Positions 29,101 to 38,500 of a DNA stretch of 64,000 nt are shown piece by piece. The translations under genes and the position numbers were made by a program. The notes under the pieces are model-generated. The model saw only the letters and a program-made list of their open reading frames with translations. It was not told the origin of the DNA and searched no databases. Origin of the DNA: Ostreococcus lucimarinus (taxonomy: Eukaryota); NCBI GenBank assembly GCA_000092065.1, contig CP000587.1. One strand, written 5' to 3'. Positions within the stretch are counted from its first letter, which is position 1, and the number at the start of each line of letters is the position of its first letter.

Positions 29101-31984
29101 TCGGGCGCCTTTTCTGCATCAGAGTGCCAAACACGAACATGAAAGCAATCTTCAACTGCATCACCAGCAACCCAAACGCATTGGGAGGTGGCATTGGAAT
29201 GGGAAACTCGGAATTCGAGGCTGCGTCGAACATTTCATCTCCGAAAGCGGCTTTATAACACTTGACCCAGTGATTTTGCCACTGTGACACCACCGCGACC
29301 AATGGCCTTGGAGAGGTGGATGGCGACTTCGACAAAATACGACCGAAACTCGACTTTCGCATCGTACTCATCTCATCCGGAACCACAATGCCCCGCTTAA
29401 ATAGTGCAGCAATGAACCTTACCTTGACGGTACTGAGCATCACCACTCGGTTTTTAACCGAATGGATCAACTTTTGAGTGGCTTTGGCGAATTGGAACCA
29501 GACATAAGTCCAACCCATGGTGTGGAGGAACAGCGAAAGCGTCAAGGGTGTACTGGTGTAACCGCAAAGCCACGAGAACCGCGAAACAAACACCAGCATG
29601 TGCATGAAATACACTCCACGGACGACTCTCATCACAGGTTTCAAGAATCGACCAAACGACGAGACGCCGCTTGTAAGGACTGAATGTGTCAGCGCGAGAG
29701 TCAAGAGACAGAAGTATCCAACGTGAAAGGAATCCTCGATGATACTGTCAGCCGATTCAAACGCGGAGAGAGTCATGAGCCGTCGACGAAGGAGGTCAAC
29801 CATCGAGTTCGAAAGAGCGCCCGCGCCAATAATACGCACTAACCTGATGAGAATATGCCAGATGTGAGATAATGCACCCAGTGTGCACATCATCTTCGTC
29901 GTCTTCTGGATTGCATGAAAACGCGACCTCGCCTCCTTCGACGTTTCGTGCGTATTCACGAGAGCAATGTGCTGCAAGTACACCCGAAGCCAAGCCAGGC
30001 ACAGTAAGATGATTTGAACATCAGTCTCGACGCTTTCTAGGTATGCATTTTCGAAGCGCTTTGCGTCACAACTGCGCAACGGGCATCCTAAGAGTATGTG
30101 AACGAGGGTTCGTGAAACTTTATCACTCTTGCCCGTCAGCGCCTTGTAATAGAGTGAGATAATCACAAACCACAAAGTGATAGTGCTCTGCGCAAAAGTA
30201 TTCATGGAGAGTGCGACTCCTTTTGGAAAAGAAGGGTTCATGAGATTGTGGGCAGCGAAAGATAACAGTAGAGGACTGATTGCGGACATTCTTGGAACTG
30301 GCTTCGGTGCGATCAAGTACGTGTCTGAAAGCGGCACAGGATGCGGTATACCACTCGTTAGCAGAGCGATCGGAAGCATAGCGCAGAGGACAAGGACCCC
30401 ATTTATCCATGCACACTTCTCTACCTGCCGTTGCAAAGCGAAATGCTTCAGCACAAGCATGCGCCAGCGTCCACGCAAATTCGTGAAACCCGTTCGCTGG
30501 CCGCTCGAATCCGGATTTCTGGAAAGGTGAACGGCGCCTCGTACGCACGCGTAGATTGAGAGCATCATGATGAGCCAGATAGTGAAATCAACCCCCACCC
30601 AATCACTGGGAGCGTGATGTAACTTTCGCGTCCACGGATTGGACATAGCACGAGCCACCAGAAAATGATCGCAGAGAGTGTAGGAAACAGACATTGCCAT
30701 CACGCCGTAGATCAATCTGGCGCTTCTTAGCGTTCGTTGGTCAGAAAATGCGCTCTTTCGAATCACGGCGGTGCTTATACCCACGAACGCGTGCAACACG
30801 ATGGAGTATTGCATCATTGAAATGCGAGCCAACTCGGCGTCGCCGCGCAGCAGCGCGTGTTCCTTGCTGAACCGTAAGCGCAGGACGGGAAAAGAAAGAG
30901 TTGACAAGCGGCGTGCGATGGTGCGGAGGATTGGAAAGTTGACCTTCAAAAGTGGTACCTGAAGGCGACCCCACTCTGGCATCATCACACCGGTGGCGAT
31001 GCCCTGGTACCACAAATTTGTGTACAGGAGACTCCCCAGTATGAACAAATGCGCCATGGATGCCAGGGAGACACCAAACATGTGGAATCCTTTGCGAGTC
31101 GGCCCGACGAAAATGGGACCGTTAAACGCGTGGTGAAAGAGAATGTTCATCAGGGCGGCCGTCATGATTGTGAAGAAGGGCATGTTGATAGAGAACCTGA
31201 ACCAGTCCGGCAGTGATCCGTGCGTTATGATGATCAACGCGAGAAGGCTCTTCGACGCTATCATGACGAACAGTGCGCCGAATGAACCTTGCCGCAGTGC
31301 AGGAATCCACGAATGAGATAGAATGCCAGTGACGAAGAGACCGGCGGAACACATACCGATGGTGTTTGGATTGCGCATGTTCGCCAAAGCGGAGAAGTGT
31401 CGACCGAACTCGAGTACGAAGATCGCCCCGCCGATGTAACAGATGCTAAATAGCACAGCCAGACGTTCGTGCATGATAAATAGCGTCGACGCTGATCGAG
31501 GTTTGGGAATCTTGAAATACCTGACCCGTTTCTCCGGCGGCACGTCCACCACGCCCAAGCGGCTCACGCGAATCAAACAAAATTTACCCAACGCGCCCAG
31601 ACCGTCCACGGACACCATGAGCGCTCCGACCGCGCAGTTCGGCATCTTCATCATCAACCGTAATCCATAAAGCGTCACGAACGCCAGCTGCGTTTCAGTC
31701 GCGTAATGCGTGTACGCGTCGCTCCCCGTGCACACGTACGACCACCCAATCGCGTGCACGCACGAGAACACGTACACCCACAGCGCCAGGCACGTCCCAT
31801 CGAACGAATTGAACACCAAATCGTTCGCGATCGCCCCGACGACCGCCGGCCGCGTTCGATCGCGCGCCACCGCCGCGTACGTCACGTACGCCGTCGACAG
31901 CACGTAATTGATTCCCTGCAACGCGTGGAAACGCCCGACCGACCATCCGGGCCTTAGCGCGTCGCTCGCCGCGTCGCTCGACAT
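26138..31984 (-). CDS. 1948-aa single-ORF fusion of an N-terminal polytopic membrane region (about aa 1-910), a catalase-fold heme domain (about aa 930-1280, AOS/HPL-like), a PLAT domain and a lipoxygenase
   Basis: Catalase core by eye: RRPTHPVGVGAIGQFTV (cf. ERVVHAKGAGAFGYFEV, distal His), MPIILRHSNAVGV (cf. TPIAVRFSTVAGE), LEIRGCALKF (cf. RDPRGFAVKF), FFNLDSFLPFVF (cf. FFIRDALLFPSFIH), proximal-Tyr region RAPDSYCDLH. PLAT: GSGIDGDVVLQFVGTRGATPKIVLHDLG. LOX: HQMISHLLGTHLLMEPW (His ligands), HAAVNFSQWDYYSYCPNRP (His/Asn ligands), C-terminus ...ERVPSNIGV (terminal Val, not Ile). ATG verified at 31982-31984. About 48-50% GC except the 5' 300 nt. Confidence 0.85.
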   Translation of the reverse strand: MSSDAASDALRPGWSVGRFHALQGINYVLSTAYVTYAAVARDRTRPAVVGAIANDLVFNSFDGTCLALWVYVFSCVHAIGWSYVCTGSDAYTHYATETQLAFVTLYGLRLMMKMPNCAVGALMVSVDGLGALGKFCLIRVSRLGVVDVPPEKRVRYFKIPKPRSASTLFIMHERLAVLFSICYIGGAIFVLEFGRHFSALANMRNPNTIGMCSAGLFVTGILSHSWIPALRQGSFGALFVMIASKSLLALIIITHGSLPDWFRFSINMPFFTIMTAALMNILFHHAFNGPIFVGPTRKGFHMFGVSLASMAHLFILGSLLYTNLWYQGIATGVMMPEWGRLQVPLLKVNFPILRTIARRLSTLSFPVLRLRFSKEHALLRGDAELARISMMQYSIVLHAFVGISTAVIRKSAFSDQRTLRSARLIYGVMAMSVSYTLCDHFLVARAMSNPWTRKLHHAPSDWVGVDFTIWLIMMLSIYACVRGAVHLSRNPDSSGQRTGFTNLRGRWRMLVLKHFALQRQVEKCAWINGVLVLCAMLPIALLTSGIPHPVPLSDTYLIAPKPVPRMSAISPLLLSFAAHNLMNPSFPKGVALSMNTFAQSTITLWFVIISLYYKALTGKSDKVSRTLVHILLGCPLRSCDAKRFENAYLESVETDVQIILLCLAWLRVYLQHIALVNTHETSKEARSRFHAIQKTTKMMCTLGALSHIWHILIRLVRIIGAGALSNSMVDLLRRRLMTLSAFESADSIIEDSFHVGYFCLLTLALTHSVLTSGVSSFGRFLKPVMRVVRGVYFMHMLVFVSRFSWLCGYTSTPLTLSLFLHTMGWTYVWFQFAKATQKLIHSVKNRVVMLSTVKVRFIAALFKRGIVVPDEMSTMRKSSFGRILSKSPSTSPRPLVAVVSQWQNHWVKCYKAAFGDEMFDAASNSEFPIPMPPPNAFGLLVMQLKIAFMFVFGTLMQKRRPTHPVGVGAIGQFTVIENSKVPKNAFFTKGKTMPIILRHSNAVGVKLADSEMYDDASLEIRGCALKFSNAVDESPFDLHLNTGEFAGFFNLDSFLPFVFQMATFNDSAYKAWGMKYPTGIKAGIGGVRRAPDSYCDLHYYSQTCREFHALDGKKRYCKFRLVPYGAGPGTDVGQEPFLPDEADQNLIATTHMMKYRRLPNEKRLPDYLRNEFCTKVAGEAVRYRLQIQLYEATSSDTAEIFNPNKAWGTEFLDVGVVRLHAALPQHSVENLSFGMNRTPACMPLTRPINSQDYNSLNWTRAVVYETSYKIRRVFTRGRKDVYAPEASKKYTIKVTTHSIAGSGIDGDVVLQFVGTRGATPKIVLHDLGDSFATGAISTHFVHADDIGEPAYAIISQTSKSSWNCGRIDVTFTSQIPTSFTLNVWRYIGQGVRFVLPCSITPTTSLACRQLIADATEQYLSFMKKEFDWSNGSYLPNHSTYDDHSKLPITEQFSSTKYKDFFVDTFVGFENKGVAEMIKDEEIKSLDDYYRLYASLPPVAIIRDWRSDEEFGRQFMNGTHPNQVRKVSQIPAKFRVTEEHVRGVLPPGKTLESELAAGHIFMVDYEILEDIKRGQGYCVENSMALFFADKSTALRPICIQHFQSGASAPVWTPKDGEYEWLLAKAHLMCSDGNVHQMISHLLGTHLLMEPWSVCVERTLPRNHPVYRVLRPHLIYVIAINTLGRSLLISPGGVTDRVVAVGQGGHMDLMSKAYQRFKLDDLHVPTSFKKRGVLSEGDLRGYHHRDDSLRAWACLRRFAKSIFKLHYTSDAEVAADPYIQSMILEMQGYGYQGTDRSQHGVPGSIDSIDQLVDICTSVMYTCSFTHAAVNFSQWDYYSYCPNRPLIMRKPAPTKKVPVTEKDVIDALPSVGQAAQTMATGWTLSQFSKEEVFVGHYITDMMITPAEIAALQDLRSELRAMGRQIENRNAKLGVKAYPYMHPERVPSNIGV

Positions 31985-32532
31985 CGCGTCCCGCGCGTCC
32001 GCCTCTTTTCGCGACCGTCTCCGCGATCGCTCGCGTCGCGTCGCCGTGCGCGCGCGCGTCTGTGTCGTGATACCGCCGCGGAATCAAATTTAATTAATCG
32101 ATTCGATCGCTAACGGTCGCGCGCGATCTTCAGCGCGCGCCGTCGACGCGACGCGACGCGCGCCCGCGCGCGGGTCGCGGATTCGCGAAAAACAAAATCG
32201 CCGCGGGCCGGCGCGCGATCCTCGGCGCGCGCGCCGTCACGCGCGATGTATCATCTTAGTCATTCTTAGCGCTTGGTTTAGCTCACTGTATAGTAGCGCG
32301 TCTTTGTAGTCTCAGCTCGTCCGACGCTCGTCTCGCCGAAACGAAACAAACTGCCTCAAAACCCGATACAGGGATCGCCGCAAAGATGGCCTCGCCGTTC
32401 GCCGTCCCGCCGCTCCGGCGGCGCGCCGCCGTCCTCGCGGCGTGGGAAACCATCACAGACGTTATCGCGGACGAAGGTGCGCGCGCGCGCGCGCGGTGAC
32501 GAGAAAACGACGTCGACGAAGACGAGCACGCG

Positions 32533-35500
32533 ATGTGTCGGATGTGTCGAAAGCGACCTCGCGAGCGTGGACTGACGGACGCTGCGGCGCGACGAACAGG
32601 ACTGGCGTCGACGCATGACGTGCAAACGTTGATAAAGTCAATATTTGCTCACGTGCGAGACGCGCGATGGCGGGTGAAGGAGGTGCGGGAGGCGATGGAG
32701 ACGGCGACGAGCGCCGCGAGCGGGAGAGACGCGGGATTTCGAAGCGTCTTCGTCGCGGCGTGCGGGAAAGCGGTGGAAAAGGGAGGGTTTAGTGAACACG
32801 AGTGTTACGTCGCGAGTCGATTGATGTGCGCCGTGATGAGCGCGATGACGTTGGAGAGCGAGGATGGGTTGTTGGCGAAGTCGCTGGAGACGCTCGCGAG
32901 GCTGCGAGCGAAGGGCGCCAAGGCGTTCTCGGCTAAGGCGTTTAAACAGATGGTGCTCGCGCACGGGGGGGATGTGGTTTTGGATAGATACATCGAGCTT
33001 GTGCAAAGTAGTGGTGGGACGAATCCGGTTCTGTGCGCGTTGGCGCACGAAGCGTTCGCCGTGGCCAAAACGACTTCTCGGCGACCAGCCGAGATCCGCA
33101 AGGCGCTTTTGGAGGTGTTTTGTACCGTCGTGCTTGGCGCCGACGCGAAAGTCGCCAAAGTTGGAGTGTCGAGCGAGTCGTTTGCGTCCATTTTGACGAA
33201 TGCTACGAGCGAAGAACTCAACGAGACCTTGCTCCCAAAAGCCGTTCGACAGTTGCGTCGCAGTCCCGAAGCTGTCTTGCCCGCCGTTCTCGGCGCGTTG
33301 AAGACGTTGAGCGCGGACGTGAGCAACATGTGCGCGGAAATGGGGCCGGTAATACTGCCTCTGGCGAAGCACGCAAACGAAGATCGTCGCGCGATGGCTC
33401 TGGAGATCGTAAGCGCCCTCGTGAATGGTTCTGCCGATGCGAGCGTCGTCAAGGAGCACATTTTTGCGCCGTGCACGAGCGAGTTTTCTTCAGGACCTCG
33501 ACCGAAGGAGTGGACCGCTCGCACCGGTTTGTACGCTGTGATTGCGTCCTGTTCGCAGTTGAGCGACCGCAAAGCGAGAGAGTTGCTCAGCGCCGACGCC
33601 ATCGGTGTTCTCTCAGCGGAACTGACCGTGGAAAAGCAACTCGAAGCGAAAGCCGCAGCGCTCAGCGCTCTAACTGCATGGCTTCGTCATGCGAGTGAAT
33701 GCCCAGAATCGCTCGCTAGTCTGGTAAAGGAGGCTTCGAAGGACACGACGGAGCGCTGCTCGACATTTCAGTGCGTAGCACAGGCTTTGCGCGTAAACTC
33801 TGCGCTTCCGGCAGGGCTATCAGGCGTCGTCGCCAACTTGTCTCCGATTGCGGTGGCGGGCAGTGGTAAGCTAGCACTACGTGCCGAGGGCTTAAGCTCA
33901 CTATACATACTTCTGCGCGTTGCAGCAGAAGACCCATCTACTGCTGAAGCGCTGAAGACGAACAAGGTTTGGGATTCTGTCGCGGCGTACTTTGAGCCTG
34001 CGACCATGACACGCTTGGACGACGAGAGTACTGAAATTCTTGCCGCGACGGGTCAGTCCATCATGGCTTTCCACGCCTCACATGCGGCGAAGATGGGGTT
34101 GGTAGATTCGGTGATTCAAGCGATTGCTTTTTTGACTGTGCACGCTCACTCACGAACACGAGCGGCGGCGAGAGAGGCTGTGCGAGGCGCAATTTCTGTT
34201 GGACAACCATCCGTCAAAATGATCCAAGGGCTGCGACATTGGCTCGCTTGGGCCGAGGCTGGAAAGTGGGAGGGTATGATGGACGACACGTTCCCGTCGC
34301 AATACGCCGGTGCTTCACTGATAGCATATTGCGAGTTCAATGAAGACGAGCAAGCCCTGACACTTCCGAATGATTTGATCGGCGAAATGCTCTTACTTGC
34401 ACATCACCCGCTCGTCAAAGCGTCTGATGGCCGACGTGGAGGCGCGTGGTCCGCAATTTTATCGCTCGTGGGGGATAACATCGACGTCGAGGACGCTGCG
34501 ATCGTGTGTAGTACCATTATGGGTGACAAGGGGTTGCGCAGCGAGTCCAGCATGGAACGTTCGTCGGCGCGTAGAGCAATCGTGTCGTTTGCAAGACTGG
34601 GCACTGAGACTGGACGTGTTGTTCTGGACACTATCGTGCCCCGTGCGTTAGAGATGCTCGATACATCGATACACGACGCCCTGAGTGCGAAGGATGTACT
34701 CATCTACAACACAGCACCGGGCTCGCTCTCCACAGATCCCGCGAACAAGCCTGCGGTTTCGACATCGACGCAACAACCGAAGAAGGAATCGAATGTGGTC
34801 TCTTTACGACCGAGCCAGGCATCAGCTGGAGCAAAGAAGACAAGTTCAAAGCCTTCGACGAAAGCGATTGATCCACGAGAAGCAGCGCGACGCGCGCAGC
34901 TAGCCGAAGAAGACACTGTTCGATCGCGAGTCAAGGAAGTCGTCCGCAAGTTTGTTGATGGACTCGAGGTCTTGACTGCTACTTTAGAAGGTCTCGGGCA
35001 TAAAGCGCGTGCGTGTGTGTGCGATATTGCGTATTCGAACGTCTTTCCACTGTTAAAGTCGAAAATCATCCCACAGTCTACGGTTCTGAAAGCAGTAGAG
35101 GCACTCGTGTATTGCGCCGCGGCGAGAGGGGCAGCGATGATGCTTTCGTTTCCACGGGAACGACAAGCCGAAGCTTTAGCCATTCGGTTGGGGGCAATGA
35201 GCTTAAACGGGACGCCCGCACCCGTTGAGATCGGCTTGAACGGTAAACCTGTATCGGTGGACATGCATACGGTTGGATTCGAGAGTCGCATCTTGGGACA
35301 AGCAATTGAGCTTGCACAAGAAGCCTTGGAGGACAATGATCCAGATCCACTTCCGGTACCTATATTTGGCGTGATGTTCCCTGTCATCGCGCACGCTCTA
35401 CTTCTTCCTGAAGCTCCAAAGAGTTTGCGCGTTGATGCTCTCGGTTTACTTGCAGCACACGCCGGTGAAGATGAAGACGGTGTGCCAATCTTGCCGAGCG

Positions 35501-38500
35501 CCGCGGCCGCTGTACGACTGTTGTTGAACACGCTCGCGAATGCGACACCAGATCTAGTAAACATAGCAAAACCCATTCTGTCAGACGTGTCGCGATACTT
35601 GCGCACGAGCGATGACGTTCTCGCATTGGTCGACGGTGTCGAAAGTGAGTACAGAGCGGTTAGAGGTGCCTCTCTATCAGGTTTGCTGAACGCGCCGCTG
35701 AATTTTGCTTCCATGGAACAGCAAACGGCTAACATCGCGATTGCAAAGCTTTTTATTGCGCGTTTCGACGCCGACGAAGTAAATAAGCAGACGGCTGAAG
35801 AGGTTTGGGTATTGTGCGGACTTTCAGACACGATTCCGTCTCCTGTGGATGTCCTGCCGTTTCTCACACACGCAAGCGGTTCCGTTAGGGGGAGTGCCGT
35901 GGAAGCTTTTGCGGCGACGATTGCTGCGCAAGAAAACGGCATGTCGATTTCACTACCGAAGCTTTTCGGCGAATTCAACTCATGTGAGCATGGGTATGGG
36001 CGAGAAGCGCTCATCAAGGGACTCGGCGCTTGTACGCCAAGTCTTAGCGCCCGTGATCTCCCGCTCGTATCCACATTTCTCACAAAGGTTCTCTCTGATG
36101 TCGACGCTGGCGTGCGTTCCGCGACGGTAGAAACCGGACGCTTGATGATTGACGCACACGGTGCAGAGCACACGCAACAGCTACTTGCTGTTTACGAAGC
36201 ATACTTCGACCGAGGAGGAAGTAGAGGTAATCTATCGGAAGAAGCAGAGGATCACGTTCGACAAGGCGTCATCGTTTTTCTCGGCGCACTTGCGGTGCAC
36301 TTAGACAAAGAGGATGAGAAAGTTCGCGCAATCTTGACTCGCTTGCTCGAGGTTTTAAGCACACCATCCGAAGCTGTACAGCGTTCAGTGGCGGATTGTT
36401 TACCTCCTCTCATGAAGAAGCTCAGTGCTGAAGAGCAACAAGCTTTGGTTGATGCTCTGCTGCAGCAACTCACGACGAGCCATGCGTATGCCGATCGGCG
36501 AGGCGCGGCGTTTGGCCTGGCAGGTGCCGTCAAGGGCATCGGTATGAGCAGTCTCAAAGGCATGAACATCATGGACACTCTGAAGGTAGCGATCGAGGAC
36601 AAAAAGAATCCCGAATCGAGAGAAGGCGCGGTTATGGCTTTTGAATTATTCTGCACGAGGTTGGGCAGGCTTTTTGAGCCATACGTCGTGAACATTCTGC
36701 CCATGCTTCTAGTTTGTTTTGGCGACGTTACTGCCCCCGTTCGCGAAGCCACGCAAGCGGCAGCGCGCGTAATCATGGCAAATTTATCTGCGCAAGGCGT
36801 GAAGCTTGTTTTACCGGCACTTCTTTGCGGGGTCGATGACGACAAATGGCGTACGAAACAAGGTTCGGTTCAACTGCTCGGCGCGATGTCAAACTGTGCC
36901 CCGAAACAGCTTGGAGCGTGCTTACCTCAGATCGTGCCTCGTCTGAGCGAAACGTTGATTGATACCCATCCGAAAGTCGTAGAGGCTGCAACGCAAGCCC
37001 TCAAGGCAGTGGGTGACGTTATTCGCAACCCAGAGATTATCGCTTTGAGTAGCTATCTCCTCGGCGCTATTCAAGATCCCACAAGACGTACAAAAGCATG
37101 CTTGGACGTACTGCTCGAAACGACGTTCGTGAACGTGGTCGACGCGCCTTCGCTCGCACTCATCGTACCGGTCTTGGTTCGCGGTTTGCGCGAACAGAAA
37201 GCAGATATGAAGAAGAAAGCGGCTAAGATCGCTGGGAACATGAGTGCTCTCGTCGCCGATCCAAAAGACATGGCTCCGTACATCCCCATGCTCGTCCCCG
37301 AGCTCAAGAAGGCTCTGATGGACCCAATTCCAGAAGTACGCGGCGTTGCCGCGCAAGCACTCGCAGGACTGATTAACGGTCTAGGTGAAGAGTACTTTGA
37401 AGACTTACTCCCGTGGATGATGCGCGCCATGCAAAGCGACGGCACAAGCGTGGAGCGCTCTGGCGCCGCGCAAGGTTTGTCTGAGTGCTTGGCCGTACTT
37501 AGCACGGATCACTTCGACGCGCTCTTCCCAGAAATCCTTTCTGGTTGTGCCAACGCATCATCGGCCGTGAGAGAAGGTCACTTGACTCTACTGCGATTCC
37601 TACCGATATCACTTGGTGACGTCTTTGAGGCACATCTCGTCGACGCACTAGCGTGCGTTCTCCAGGGCTTGGCTGATGAAGACGAACCCGTTCGAGAAGC
37701 CGCGCTGAACGCGGGCAGAGTATTTGTCGAAGAATTTTCTCACAGTGGTAGTTCGCTAGATTTGATTTTGCCGGCGATCGAAGACGGTATCGTCTCCGAT
37801 AACTGGCGCATTCGCCAATCCTCTGTTGAGCTTCTCGGTTCGATGTTGTTCCGCATTATCGGCTCGAGTGGCAAGGTGCGCGTTGAGGGTGGTGATGATG
37901 CCGAAGGCATCTCCACCGAAGCACAAGGACAAATGCTCAGTAATACGTTGGGTGAAATTCGTCATCACAACTTGCTTGCCGCTGTTTACATTCTTAGATC
38001 GGACGGAACTTTGAGCGTGCGAAACGCTGCAGTTCACATTTGGAAAACCGTCGTCGCGAACACTCCGAAGACTCTCAGAGTCATATTACCTTTACTCATG
38101 CAGCGCGTGATTTCAACAATGTCTGGCGGTTCGGACGATCGTCAGCAGACTGCGAGTCGATGTCTTGGCGATGTCGTGCGAAAGCTGGGCGAACGCGTGC
38201 TCGTATCCGTCTTGCCAATCATGCGAGAAGGGTTAAAGAGCGAGCTCGCCGAGCATCGCGAAGGCGTCGCCTTGGGTTTGGCTGAAATATTATTTGCGGC
38301 GACAGATTCTCAACTCGAAAATCATTACGACGTCGTCATTCCTACCGTTCAAGACGCGCTGTGCGATGAAGATGAAAGGGTACGTAGCGCCGCTGGCGCG
38401 GCGTTCGACAAACTCTTTCAGCACGGCGGCGGACACGCCGCGGGTGAGATCGTCCCGGCACTCCTGGAACAGCTGGAGTCGAGCCCGACCGTACTCGAGG

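Noticed and set aside
22150-31700. Interpreting the low-GC island as an integrated prasinovirus or giant-virus fragment
   Set aside because: I saw none of the viral hallmark genes (capsid, polB, packaging ATPase, D5 primase). Content is three membrane or enzyme genes with eukaryote-like long ORFs. Horizontal acquisition remains possible, but a viral origin is unsupported.
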